Origin: Lama glama
Lineage: Eukaryota
Reading direction: 5' to 3'
NCBI GenBank assembly: GCA_028534125.1
Contig: CM052817.1
Coordinates: 76,634,001-76,698,000, forward strand
Length of the DNA stretch: 64,000 bases
Each line of letters starts with the position of its first letter. The stretch's first letter is position 1. Under the pieces are notes generated by a model. It ran no database searches and had not been told where the DNA came from. It saw only the letters and a list, made by a program, of their open reading frames with translations. A program made the position numbers and the translations under genes. This document shows positions 1 to 12,301 of the stretch, one piece after another.

Positions 1-300
1 ACATGATACAACAAGGATGAATATCATGCGAAGTGATTCTACTTATATGAAAAATCCAGAATAGATAAATCTATAGAGAATAAAAGTGGATTCGTGGTTG
101 ACTAGGGCTGTGAAAAATGACAAGATTAATGAGTGACAGCACAGTGGCATGGAGTTTCTTTATGGAATAAAAATGTTCTAAGTTGATTGTGGGGGTGGGT
201 ACACAACTCTGCCACTATGTTCAGTCATTGAATTGTACACTCTAAGTGAGTTATTTGCATGGAATGTGAATGTTATCCCAATAAATCTTTTTAAATTAAA
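1..300 (+). mobile_element. Old L1 (L1MB/L1ME-type) 3' UTR fragment
   Basis: Typical L1M 3' UTR wording (tgattctacttatatgaaaaatccagaatagataaatctatagag...attgaattgtacactctaag...atcccaataaa) ending in an A/T tail. Confidence 0.8.
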
Positions 301-1609
301 AGGTTATTGTCTGAAAGATCCTGTGCTTCTTAATATGATAGGTAAATAAAACATGGTTAAAGATAAATTACACTAGAGTCTCATAGCAGCTCGTAATGTC
401 ATTCACTGAAGTAAAGAATACAGCAGGAGGAAAGGGATTTGGAAAATAAAATAAAGTGGATAGGTAAAATCTAAAACAACCTTGAGGCATCAAAACAGAG
501 ATGACCAATAAGCAGTTGCATATATAGGCCCCTAGAAGGGGAGAGAAATCTTGAGTGGAGATAGATACTACAGAATCGTCATCATACAGAAGTTAATTTT
601 AGTTACCGTGTCATATGTAAACCTTTAATGGTATGTATATGAAAAAGGTTAAGTGGCCAGCAAAAGAAGCCCAAGGAACCACAGTAGGATGCCCAGGGAT
701 GGAGGATGGTATCTCTGCTAAGGCAAAGGTTTAAGTAAAGCAATAAGAACAGTAAGTTCTATACATGGACCCTCTTTTGCTTATGATGCTAGGAAATACA
801 TATTCCTAGGTAAGAAAAGGAGCCATTCACTTGGTTAAACAGTCTAGACCTGAAAGAATACTTTTCATCTCAATTCTCTGAAAATTCTACAAATCATTTG
901 CCCAAAAGATCTAAAGTAAATTAATTGTAGCTAATACGTTTTAAGATGATAAAGGGTTTTCCTCAAGTGCAGTTCTTTTAAAGTACTTAACTGAATTTTA
1001 ATTAGTACCAACTCCATCAGAGATGAGGAAGCCAGCCGAACACAAACTTAATGCTCAGCCCTTCAAGACTGTCATGCACTTTCTGTACAGCTTCTAAGTT
1101 ACTTCACATTTGATTAAATTTGACTGAATTTCAAAAAGAACATGCACTTCTATCCAAAGGAGAAAAATTCATTGCCAAAATTTCCAAAATAGTTTTTAAT
1201 TGTGTTAATTGAATGTTAAATGTATTTTAACATATGAGAACTTTTAATTGATGGGATGAAATGTCCAATAGTTTAAGGTTAGATGGATAATACAAAAATA
1301 ATCATTAAAAAGCAAAACATATTGCTCTGTGTTCAAATAGTCAGACCACCAGCTATTATGAAGCAATTTCCATTCATTTAACCAAAAAAGATATAGTCAT
1401 ATGTGTATGGGGAGCATATGAATTGTATCAGTATTTGCAGCCCTTTATTACAGTATGAATACTGTGTTTAATGTGCCTCTTCATTGAAAATGGACAGTTC
1501 TATTGTTTTCTTCTATATGTGAGGATCTTAATTCACTGCTCTTGAAAGGACTGAAGTCATGAAAATACTACTGTGCATCAGCCTGGTCAGTTTCCCTACT
1601 GATCTGTGA

Positions 1610-2020
1610 ACAGGCAAGACTTCCTCCCACATCAGGACTCTTACACTTGTGAATCCCTCTTCCCGAGACTCTCTTTGCAAGTATACGAAAAGCCCACTTC
1701 CTTCCATCCTCCATGTATTTACTCAAATATCACCTTCTCTCATTGAGGCTTTCTCTAAACACACTAAATTTTAACACTGCCTCTGACACTCTCTGCTCTC
1801 TTTCCTGCTATTTTTTTCTTCTTAATCCATCACTTTGAAGTGCTGTGGATTTGGCTTTTTTGCATGTTCATTGTTTGTTTTTCCCCAGTGGAATGCAGGC
1901 GACACGAGGGCAGGGATCTTTCTGGCTATTTTGGTCAGAACTGTATCCCCAGTGCCAAGAGGAGTGCTTGTCACATGGATGGGAAACAGTGAACACATAA
2001 TGAATGAATGAATTAAATCA
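1610..2020 (+). mobile_element. L2 3' end fragment
   Basis: Pyrimidine-rich L2 3' text (gagggcagggatctttctggctattttggtc...tgtatccccagtgcc) ending in aatgaatgaatgaat. Confidence 0.75.
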
Positions 2021-2029
2021 ATAAATGTT

Positions 2030-3381
2030 AAAGGTGACATTTAAGGAAATAACCGCGGAGAACACTGCAGAACTAACTTGTATCACGAATCCTCACATGC
2101 AGCAAGCCCCCACACTCCAAACAGAATCAACACGAGGAAAGCCACGCGAAACTCATCATAGTGAAACTTCAGAAAGACAAAGACAAAGGGAAAGTCTTCA
2201 AAGCTGTCGGACAAGATCAGATTACCTTCAAATGAGTGACATTAGGCTGACAGCTGACTCTGGGCAGCAAATGATAGGCTCCTGATGACTGAGGAACAAG
2301 AGAACGTATTAAACTAGAATTTTATACTGTGAAACTATTTTTCAGGAATGAATGACTACAAAATAAATACTCCTACCCTTACACAGGAGCAGTCAGGAGC
2401 GCTGCCCTGGCCCCCGTAATTCACAAGACCCCTCTCTGGCCCTCCCTCGCCCCTCAAATGGAGGCTGTTTCCAGGCACAGAACTTGGACATGCAGGCTGG
2501 GGCCACCAAACCCTAATAATCCTCGTGGTGACATTCAAAGCTGGGGATGGGAAGAGAGTATGATATGGGGTATGCTATAAACCCCAGCCTTCCATTTCAT
2601 CTCTTGCTATGATTCCCGTAAATGTTATGAAGAGGGTAAACCAAGACCTTTTAGATAATTCTTATGGGCTGCCTGCAGAAAGCCCTTTTCCAAACAAAAA
2701 CGGACAGTTTGCCACCAGCAGATCCTTGCTAAAGAAATTCTAAGTTTATACTTGACTCAAACAAGGTAGTTTCAGATTGAAAGTCTGTTAGGAAGAAATG
2801 AAAAAGCACAGAGAGGGATGAAAGTGTGAGTAAAGCTAAATAAATACTGACTTTATGAAATAATAAAAATAGTATGTTGCAGGGTAAAAAAAAAAAAACA
2901 TAATTAAAAACTTCCATAGAGTGATGAATGGATCTGAATCCTTGTATTTTCTGGGAGGAAGAAAAAGTCATTCATTTACTTTAGAGTTTGCTAAGTTTAA
3001 TATCTCTACTCTAATTTTTAGAGCCATTGAAAGCAGATCTACACACACCCAAGTAGAAGGAAAAGTAATGAAAACGGTGAAAATGCTCAATCCCCAAAAG
3101 GCAAAGAGATGGAGAGGGGGAGACTGAGGCAAGTAAAATGAATACAAAATTCAAAATTAGATGATAAATAAAAATGCAAATCTATTAGAAATTATATTAC
3201 ATGTAAATGGACCAAGTATTATCAAACTGAATTTTTTAGAATTCAGTTTTATACTCAGAAGAGATGCAAAAGGACACAGGAAGATTGAAAACACAAGGAT
3301 AAAAAATGATAAACTAAGCACACTCTAACCAAAAGAAACCAGCTATGTTAATAGGAAAAAAAAGATAGATTTTAAGACAAA
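2030..3381 (+). mobile_element. Decayed L1 ORF1/inter-ORF/ORF2-start fragments, interrupted at about 2360-2720 by a GC-richer insert (possibly hAT-derived)
   Basis: ORF1-like text (gaaataaccgcggagaac, catcatagtgaaacttcagaaagacaaagac) and endonuclease-start text (attacatgtaaatggaccaag, ctctaaccaaaagaaaccagct, atagattttaagacaa). Confidence 0.65.
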
Positions 3382-3501
3382 GTAAGACCCCAGTCCTGCC
3401 CCGGATGCTGCGGTGGCTATCACAGGATGTCTTCTGCACGGCTGCTGGATACCGCCTCGGGGAATGAATCTCCCCTTTCCTCTCTCTGTCACTCATTTTA
3501 G

Positions 3502-3585
3502 TTTCAAGTTCTGCTTTTCCCCTTGCTGTCCGAATAGTCGAAGCAGTGTCTATTCTGTTTTGGATTCCAGAGTAGAGAAATATCG
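3502..3585 (+). other. Candidate exon A (84 nt; alternative 15-nt form 3571-3585) of an unidentified spliced transcript
   Basis: Acceptor cctttcctctctctgtcactcattttag, donor TCG|gtaaga, 3 CpGs retained. One open frame, FKFCFSPCCPNSRSSVYSVLDSRVEKY. No homology recognised. Confidence 0.4.
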
Positions 3586-4892
3586 GTAAGATTTGCTCTC
3601 TTTTTCTTTGGTTTGTTTATTTAGGGGAAGTGGAAAGCTTTAATTATCTGGATAATTGTTTCTGATTTCTAATTTATTAGAGGATCACACAATCTCACAA
3701 AAAACCATCACCACAAGGAACGAGTTATTCTAAAGAACAGAGACAGTCCAGTTCACCAAGTCTTTGGTTGACTACCAATTACATTATGGCTTGAAATTTT
3801 TCCAAATGTAAAAGGTATTAATATCACATATCGCCATGCAAACAGAGTAAAAATCTTCCATTTCAACTCCAGTAGCAGACACAAAGATTCATAGGAATTA
3901 CTTCTTAGAAAGATTTCAGCTTTCCTTTCATGCCTAACTCAGAATAGGATTTCTGATGTATTGGTTCATCTGTGAGAAACCTACCTAAAATAACCTTAAA
4001 TAATTAAAAGTATAAAACTCAATCTCCCGAAGACAAATAGGCTGTCTCCCATTTCTCCCCCAAGTCACACAGTACTGAGCCGCTTGTGATGGGAAGTCCT
4101 GCCCAACGGTGACCCCTTAGCCTAAGCTAATCACAATGAGGCAACTGGCAATTTGACAAGCAGAGACAAGCTGACAGCTTTTCCTCAAACATCAAGCATG
4201 AACTATGTTTCCAGTGCCAAGCTGGATTTGACATTTAATTTTAAAAAGTATCTTAACATAGGTCTATGCAAAAAACTAGGCTGCTGCAACACAATCAATT
4301 TTGTCTTATTTAAAGCTGAAAAATGTTGATCCCCCAAAGGCAGAACTTTTATAGGAAAAGAATCACTGCTCTACCATCGGGAATACTGAGTATTAAAAAT
4401 AATGCATTTTGACTAGTTTAGGGATTGGATTTGGCTCTGCAGTACAGACAATAAGTGTTTATTAAAGAAGTTAGACTGCTATAAATAAAAAATGCCATTA
4501 CTAGAAAGAATTAGCTAGCAATGTGGACAAAAGTGTCATCAGCTTGATATAAAAGAATATACTTATCCATACATGCGGACACATCTACATGCATATATAT
4601 GTATCCAGGGAGACTCACATGTGGACACACACATATACACACACACGTACGCTCAGGAAAATATTTTTAGAAATAGAAACGGCCTTTTAATTATAGGTGA
4701 GCAAATACACACATACATTCTTGCCATAATATATTTAGTGATGAGCAGAATCAGTAAAGTCTCATCATATCATCAACTTAACCAAATTTAAATATGTCAA
4801 GATAATTTTAGTTTTAATTTTGTCAGATAAGTAGTATTTTTTCAGTAAAAGGCTATTCAGTGCACTAGGCTTATTTGTGATTTTTTTTACAG

Positions 4893-4951
4893 GCGGAAGA
4901 AAACGTAAGATTCTTCACTGGCCATTCAATTTCAAAAATATTCAGAATATG
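4893..4951 (+). other. Candidate exon B (59 nt; alternative 12-nt form 4893-4904)
   Basis: Acceptor ttgtgattttttttacag, donors AAC|gtaaga (4905) and ATG|gtgaga (4952). Confidence 0.4.
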
Positions 4952-5114
4952 GTGAGAAACTATGTAAATTTAAAGTATAGTCAAAATTTTCTTTTTTTTT
5001 TTTTTTTTACTATAAGATAAATTTCCTTTTTTTTTTTTAAATTCTTGAAGAGCAAATATCAAGCTGCAAACATTGAGTCCTGCTCACGTGATTCACTCAT
5101 TGGATCACTGCTAT

Positions 5115-5580
5115 ACACCCGGCACTATGAGCTCCCAGTCCTAAGGGCCCCTCTACGCCGCAGACAAGCCAGGAACTACATTTGCCAGAATACCATTCCG
5201 AATGTGTTTCCGCGTTTGAGTGTAACTGTGAGGGGAACTCCGATTCAGAAGAAGTCTGTGATTCTCTCAGGAGGTCATGATGACTTCTCAGCCTTCTCCC
5301 TAATCTCCTGCTTCTCCGTTGAAGACTGATAGCATTCAGAGGATCTTTTCCAGAATTGTCAGCAGTTTCTAACCAACTCTGGAGTCCTCTTATTCAGTGC
5401 TTCAGGCTGATGTCATCAGTGGCTGGTTCTTGACCCTCCTGACCTTCATCACCACCCCTCCACCACTAACGCCCTCATTCTAGCCCCTCTTCCCACATTC
5501 ACATAAGCCCCAAATTCTATACTGAATCATTCTATTCTCTTAGTCCTTAGAGCAATTCTGGTTTCTCTACCAAAATCAGA
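5115..5580 (+). mobile_element. Old ERVL-class LTR (LTR33-like)
   Basis: aagccaggaactacatttgccagaataccatt and terminal tagagcaattctggtttctct resemble the LTR33-group consensus as I recall it. Confidence 0.5.
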
Positions 5581-5589
5581 GGAATATCT

Positions 5590-6440
5590 TTTTACTCAAC
5601 AATATAATAGAGGCTTCTTTTTGGGTCCCTGGATCCAATTCCAACATGTTGGGGGAGGGGGTGTTGGGACTTCTCCACCCACCACCAAGCAATTCTCCCA
5701 CAGCAGCAAGGTGTTTGAGCATTCAGCTCACCCTGCCACTATCTACCCAGTGAGAGTATTAGCATCTGCACACAGGTCATGGCCTCAGTCCTACAAGACT
5801 GCCCCTCTCCCCAACTTCAGAAGCAAGTGGAAAGCCCAGGTTGCTACCTGTGCCTCGGACTCACTGGCTATAAATCAGAGGTTCCCCAGATCCCCTCCTG
5901 GGATTCAATTAATTTGCTAGATCAGCTCACAGAACTCAGAGGAACATTTTACTTACTAGATCATCAGTTTATCATAAAGTGATATAACTCAGGGACATAG
6001 TGATGGAAAAGGTATACAAGGCAAGATGTGGGGAAAAGGCATGGATCTTCCAGCCTCTCTGAGTGCACTATTCTCCCCAAGGCTCCATCTGTTCATCAAC
6101 CAGGAACCTCTCTGAACCCTGTCCTTTTGGGATTTTACAGAAGTCTCATTACACAAGCATGATTAATTAAATCATTGTCCATTGGCAATTTCCAGCCCCT
6201 TTCCTGTCCCAAGAGAAGGACAGGAGGGTAGAACTGAAAGTACGAACTCTCTAATCACATGGGTGGTTCTCCTGGCAACCAGCCTCCATCCTTATGTGGG
6301 GTCCAAAAGCTACCTCATTAACATAAAAGACACCTTTCTGGTTCTCATCACCTAAGGACACTCCAAGAGCTTTAGGAGCTTTGTACCAGAAATGGGAGGA
6401 AGATCAAATATATATTTCTTATTATAAATCACAATATCAC
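5590..6440 (-). mobile_element. MER21-family LTR
   Basis: Reverse complement begins tgtgatattgtgatttataataagaaatatatatttgatcttcctccc...aaagctcctaaagctcttgg, the characteristic MER21 5' end. Confidence 0.8.
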
Positions 6441-6824
6441 AACGCTATATATTATACCCTTACAGTGGTGTGATTTCAAGGCAGCATTTGGCACAATAAC
6501 CAAAACGCAACAACCGAAAATTTAAAATTTTCCCTCTTTTAAGAAATGAATGACTTCCATAAGAGGTCTTGATTGTTTCTAAAAGTAAGACTTTCTTTTC
6601 TATTGCATATAAATGTGTGAAGTGATATTTCTCTAAGCTGCTATCAGTCAGATACACATGAGTGTGAATAAAGACCCTGGAGCAAGACCCTCTACCATGA
6701 GCACACCACTATAATGCTTAAGGCCACTCACTCCTCCCTCAGGGATGTTCTCCCAAAGCAGAGGAGGACCATATTCACTACTTCATTAAGAGAGAATTTT
6801 AAAAGTTTTTTTTTTTTTTTACAG

Positions 6825-6902
6825 TAACAACAATGCTACAACTTCAGAAAACTTGGACGACTGTTTCACACTCAGCTGTTGTTTTTTTCCTTTCCCTTCT
6901 AC
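6825..6902 (+). other. Candidate exon C (78 nt) with ATG at 6833 (MLQLQKTWTTVSHSAVVFFLSLL, phase 1)
   Basis: Acceptor poly-T followed by acag, donor TAC|gtaagc, A at -3 of the ATG, hydrophobic C-terminal half. Confidence 0.4.
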
Positions 6903-7169
6903 GTAAGCTACTTTGAATGCTATGATCAAACTTGTTCATTTAGATAATCACCTTCATTTTCTTCATAGTACTTTTCCATAAGTATGTATACTAGGAAAGC
7001 TTACAGAATCAATCAGTAAATAAAAGTGAGAACATAGAAAGCTTAAGGGTTCTTTAATATAAAGACTAGAAAAATATCAAATTATATGATGTTTTTATAA
7101 TTGATAGGATCCATCCACAGCATGATTAGAATAAGAACAGAAAGACAAAACTTTTTTTTTCTTAAACAG

Positions 7170-7285
7170 GTGGCCAAGAATATCTTCTCCCTCTCCTCCC
7201 CACTTCTGTCCCTCTGTCCCACATGCTTATAAAACCATACATTTCAGGTTTAAAATGTTACAAATGGACTCCATCTGTTTTATAA
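7170..7285 (+). other. Candidate terminal exon D (coding part ends at TAA 7283-7285 if spliced to C)
   Basis: Acceptor ctttttttttcttaaacag|G. Frame continues RGQEYLLPLLPTSVPLSHMLIKPYISGLKCYKWTPSVL*. AATAAA at 7600-7605 lies in an L2 tail. Confidence 0.33.
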
Positions 7286-7339
7286 ACTTAATTCTCAAAA
7301 TGGTTTTATAATATTTATCCAATATTTATCAATCTCAGA

Positions 7340-7615
7340 CTTTTGAAATTTCACTTCCTTTAGAAAGCCTTTGATTTCCGTCTCTAACATAATTTTCCTC
7401 TCCTTTCATTGCAAGTACCCTGTATTCTACGTGGATTTTTACCACATCAGTGTTAACACTTAATTTTATTATTTTACTAGTGTTTCTCCCATACCACTAT
7501 AAGCTTCTTGGAAAAAAAAGGTATGTCTTATATTTAGAGCTACAGTATTTAGAATAGTTCCTAGTATACTTCAGACCATCAGTGAATGCTTGTTGAGGGA
7601 ATAAATAAATGAATT
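7340..7615 (+). mobile_element. L2 3' end fragment
   Basis: ctataagcttcttgg...agaatagttcctagtatac...cagtgaatgcttgttgagggaataaataaatgaat is an L2 terminus. Confidence 0.65.
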
Positions 7616-9959
7616 GAGGAACGAGTTTTTTTCTCTGAAGTTGGAAGCAATAGGATTAACTTACAGTAAGGAGAATGGTAAATGAACAGCAAAGAAGGGT
7701 AAGTAGGTTTAGAACAAAATGTTCCATATTCAGAAAATAAGCCAAGGAAAGTCCACAAGGAAGATGAAATCAGATAATGATAAAAAATATTTTTGCTCCC
7801 TGTTTCTGTTCTAGAGTAAAAACCCTGCTCCCTCCTTCCATCCCCCCTCTCCCCCTCTACGTGTCTCAGTATCTACCAGATTCCATTGAAATAAAGACCT
7901 TCTTCTGTCTTACATCTGTTAACTAGACACGAGATTTGGGCTAAGGGAAGATTGGAAAGACAGTAAAGAGCAATCAGGGGAAGTGGATAGCTGTCTGCCT
8001 CATTTGTGGCAGCATGACTGAATGAGAGAGAGCACCTCACTATGGGGTGAGGCCCAGGAACTTCCACATTCTAGTAGAGGGGCTTTGCTTATCACGCTTT
8101 AGGGCTCAGGTGATGAAGTGTAGCGCTCTCCCTACCTCAGCACAAAGTCAGAGTCGTTCCATTATCCCAGAGATGAGAAGTCCTCTGAATACCTAGAAAC
8201 AACCTCCTTGGCAGGAATGTTGGCGTTTGGGGTTGGAATGATGGTGAAGCTCCCTACAGGCAGCTACACAGAAGCGGCTGTGGGCAAACCACACAGTCTG
8301 GGACAATTCGGCATGAAGACAGAGGCTTATAGATTCCCACATGGTTACCTGTAAAGCATCACTGTTAGACTCCCCCAAATCACGACTAGACGTTGTGGGG
8401 GAGACAGCGGGGCTCACACTAGTTCATAGGTCAGGGCTATAAACCCAAGATTCCTTTGAGTGACAAGTAAAAAGATTGCCAAATAATTCTGAGAACCTCG
8501 CTGAAACTGGAAACCGTAAATCTGCTCCACGTGACAGAGTAGGGATGAAATCCATTGAAGTTATTCCAGTGATCCAGGTAAAAACAGATGAATTTTGAAT
8601 TAGTGCAATGGCAAGTGGGAATTAGAGAGGCAAATGGATGCTAGAGATGTTAAGAGTGTGGGATCTATAACAATTTATGGCCAATTGAGCATAGAATTTA
8701 TTGAGAGCTAGGAGGCTAGGGGTTGAGGCTTGAACCATCGGTAGTGGTTTAATTCACTGAGACAAGGAGAAACGGAGGAACAGACAATTTTATGAGAAAG
8801 ACGATCTGAGGGTGGATAGCATTTACATGGTTTCTGAGTCCCCAGTGATGCTCAAGAAACAACCAAGAAAGAGCAGTACAGTGAGAACAGCAGTGGACCA
8901 AATCCTGGGGAAAACAAAACGTAAAGGCCATGTGTAAGAGGAAGAGACAGAGAATATGGAAGCAGAATGACAATCACGAGACCACGATAATTTCAAGAAG
9001 GAAGTATTTTGCTCAATTTTGCTGAAACCCCAATGAAGGACAAAGGCAGATATGTGCTCAATTAACTTTACAAGGCAGGACAGCAAAACCATAATAACTA
9101 TGACACAAAAGCAGAGAGAAGACTGAGGGCTGAGTGATTAATTCGGACTAGGAACACTTCTGTCTGTCCACTTCCTGTGAAACAGCATCAGTGCAGCAAT
9201 GGCTACATCAGTGGCCTCCAAACATTTCTGATCACAAATCTGGGTGTGAAAAAATAAAGCTAAATATGATTCTCATTTAAACATATAAAGTTTATTTTAT
9301 GGACATATTATAAATATAAATATGAATATCATAGCTAACAGTGGATGAAAATACACTTCTATTCCTATTTATTTAAAATAAATAGATCCAGTAGAAAGTG
9401 AGGTGAATGAAAATATATCAAGAACATACACAGCTGAAATGAGATCTTGGAAACAGTGAAATCTGAGGAAGAGTACTTCGATTCTAGGTGAGGGCAATCT
9501 GTTTATCTGTCACCACATTATTTACCGTCATTAATCCAATGTGTAAGAAAGATTCAAGAGAGAAACAGAGTGGTATTATTGCAGAACTCTGCATTAAAGA
9601 ACTCAGCTATCAAGACTATACCAATACCTTCCTCACATAGAACAAAACTGACTCAGAGGCAAGCTATTATAGTTATTATGGGACTCCAGCTTTCCAGCCA
9701 TCCACTGAAAATTCCAATTTTGTTGCAAGTTTTATTTTCCAAGCATTAGAAACATGCCCAACCAGACATCACAACCAGGGACTTCTAAAAATAGTTATGG
9801 CGGTCTTTGGCTTACTTTTAGAACTTTTAAATGCTTAAAAGCAATTGAATAGTTAAGAATAAGAATGTATAAGCTACTGTTTTAGTCTGGAAATAAAGTA
9901 TTGAAAACAATGCATTTCAGGGCAAATAATGAGAAAGGGTCTTTTGTGGGAAAGAGAAG

Positions 9960-10960
9960 TTACTGAAATACTCACTGATTCATTTCTCATGACTTAATAC
10001 CAATGAAAAAGCAAGAATTAGTTAGTGATGAAGAAATGATGGCAACCTGGGGAGAAAGTAATTTTGTCATCACAGAATTTTGATAGCCATGAAATTGAAG
10101 ACTGAGCATAATGATTAATGTATCCTAGACTTTTGGAAGACAGACTTAAAAGTTCAGGTGTAAGAAAGGTACTAATTCATGCCTCAGAGGTGGACAATGA
10201 TTCAAGCAGTCTGGAATGCTCTCTGAAAAAGTATTTCTGGCTATGCAATTACATGTGAGGAAGAAAAATAGAGTCTAGCTTAAGAATCATTTTAGTTGCA
10301 CCTGAGCTTTGTGGAAATTAAATACCGGGAGAATATATTAAGATGGAAATAAGAACATTTAATAAGATGGAAATAAGACATAAAACCAATATGAAGAAGA
10401 TTAGAGAGTATTACAGAATGTAAGAATAATGTCATCTGAAGCCTTATAATGTTTAAAAGCTCAAAGATTGCCTTTGTTGAATGCATACAGAACAAAGCTA
10501 GCAATGAATGGCTAGGCTCACTGCCTGTAGTTGATGGTGTAAACTTGTTAGATAACATTGCAAAAGCACACCATCTTATTGCCTCTGTGTTCTCCATAAA
10601 GGAAGAGAAATTTTAAACTAAAATATATACAGCAAACATTTGTAAGGGGAGACAAAAAACTAAGACAAAAAAAGTAGTTTTAAGAGAATACCTCACTGTT
10701 CTCTATAAGGTCTACTACCTTAGAAAAAAACTGTTATCCCAGGAGACTAAGAGAAGCCGTAAGTGGGGTAGACTGACCATTACAAGGAATTTGAATAATC
10801 ATGAAGAAATACCAAAACACTGGGGATGGGCAAATTTGATTGCAATTTTTTTGAAAGAAAAATAATCTCCCAAAAGGACATACAGGATTAACTAATATTT
10901 TGAAAAAGAACGGCTGACTACCAGAAGCCAAACGGGTTCATTAGGAACACGTGCATAGCA
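9960..10960 (+). mobile_element. L3/CR1 LINE ORF2 relic (endonuclease end to RT start)
   Basis: Decayed CR1 motifs: MMATWGESNFVITEF (about 10037, cf. LGESDHVILEF), LDFWKTDL (about 10125, cf. LDFRKADF), EIPKHWGWANLIAIFLK (about 10807, cf. PEDWRRANVVPIFKK). Confidence 0.75.
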
Positions 10961-11159
10961 TTTTCTCTCAGTATGTATCACCTTCTCAAGAATTTGTAGT
11001 CATGATCTTAGAGAGAGACATTGAGAGCAAGATTTCAGGGTTTTTGAGTATATGTGGGGCATTGTGGAAGCAATATAAAGATGAAATCAGTATCTTAAAA
11101 TAGGCCATTGAAAAGGAGAAAAAGGAACAAATTTATTACAAAAGTATCATGGGATGTAA

Positions 11160-11310
11160 CTCTCACAATTCTGTGAAGTAGATATTTTATGTACTTCAAG
11201 TTGAGAAAATTGAATGTTTAAAGGGAATTATGAAAGTGTACTTGGTCATTCAGCTGGTAATGGAAAAACTGAGATTCAAATCTCTATCTTGTTGACTTCA
11301 AAGCCTGAAC
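11160..11310 (-). mobile_element. MIR fragment
   Basis: ctcacaattctgtgaagtagat...cttggtcattcagctggtaatgg...gagattcaaatct...gacttcaaagcc is the MIR core, reversed. Confidence 0.7.
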
Positions 11311-11469
11311 TAACTTGAACTACCAACCTTCAGCTCTCAAAGATGTGGCTAAATGGGCTAAATGAAAAGGGATGCACTTGAAGACATATGTCTAAAGCAC
11401 TTAACTGAATGAAAAAGAAAAAAAGATACTATTAAATAACAGGACACATTCTGTGAAATGCACAGAGGT

Positions 11470-11980
11470 TGATTCATTAAACTAGTGTTCAACACTGGTT
11501 ATCCATCAGGTTCTATTTTACACACTCAGAATAAAAGAGTGAACAAAATAGCTAAAAATTCCTGGTATTCAATGTCTATTTCTAGAAGGAAGAGGCAGTT
11601 AACAAACACTGTAATTACTAAAATATGCAGTATGTCAAAGGTTGAGTTATATGTTAAGGAGAAAAATAATCAAGCTGAGAAAAGGGGACGGAAAGTTTAG
11701 GAAGAAGCTTTCAAATAAAGATAGAGCTTTAGGAAAGCCTTCCCAAAAGAGAAGACTCTATGGTAAAGGCAGGAAGGAATTGTGAAAGGGAATAAAAAAG
11801 ATATCTGTGGAATAAAACTTCAAAAAGAAAGAACAGCTAGTGCAAAATCCCTAATGTGGAAGTATCTGAAGGATGTTGGGAAGTGAGTGTGGTGGAAACT
11901 GGGCTGAGTGGGGAAGAAGGAGGTGGGGAGTAGTAGGAAATGAGACAGACAGCATTGGCCAGGAGTTAGGTGCAAAGTGT
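11470..11980 (-). mobile_element. L2 fragment
   Basis: Purine-rich reversed L2 3' region (gaacagctagtgcaaaatccctaatgtgggaag...gtagtaggaaatgagacagac). Confidence 0.6.
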
Positions 11981-12301
11981 CAGGTATCTGCCGGGCAAAT
12001 CAGTGCCAACAGAATTCCACGAAGGAAGCCAGCTGGGATAGTCTTCCTTCCAATAGGATCAAGACAGACATACTCTCGCTTAAGTCAATGGAAAACCTTA
12101 AACTCAAGAGAACAAGCAAGGAAAAACCATGAAGAAACTTAAAATCCAAAGATCAGGAGAGGTACAGAAGAAAGTTTAATACCTAGTAAGTGTTCAACAG
12201 TTATTTGCTGAACGAATCAATCAATGATTAAATAGACTTCTGTAACTTTTCATATATGCGGTTATAAAGCCACATGAGAAGAAGCCCAGAGTAAAGCATT
12301 T

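Noticed and set aside
3900..3984. Minus-strand acceptor followed by RFLTDEPIHQKSYSELGMKGKLKSF* or VGFSQMNQYIRNPILS*
   Set aside because: Isolated, with stops in all frames and no supported upstream partner exon.
6833..6902. Resemblance of MLQLQKTW... to the IL6ST signal peptide (MLTLQTW...)
   Set aside because: Only a few residues match and no cytokine-receptor exons follow; treated as coincidence.
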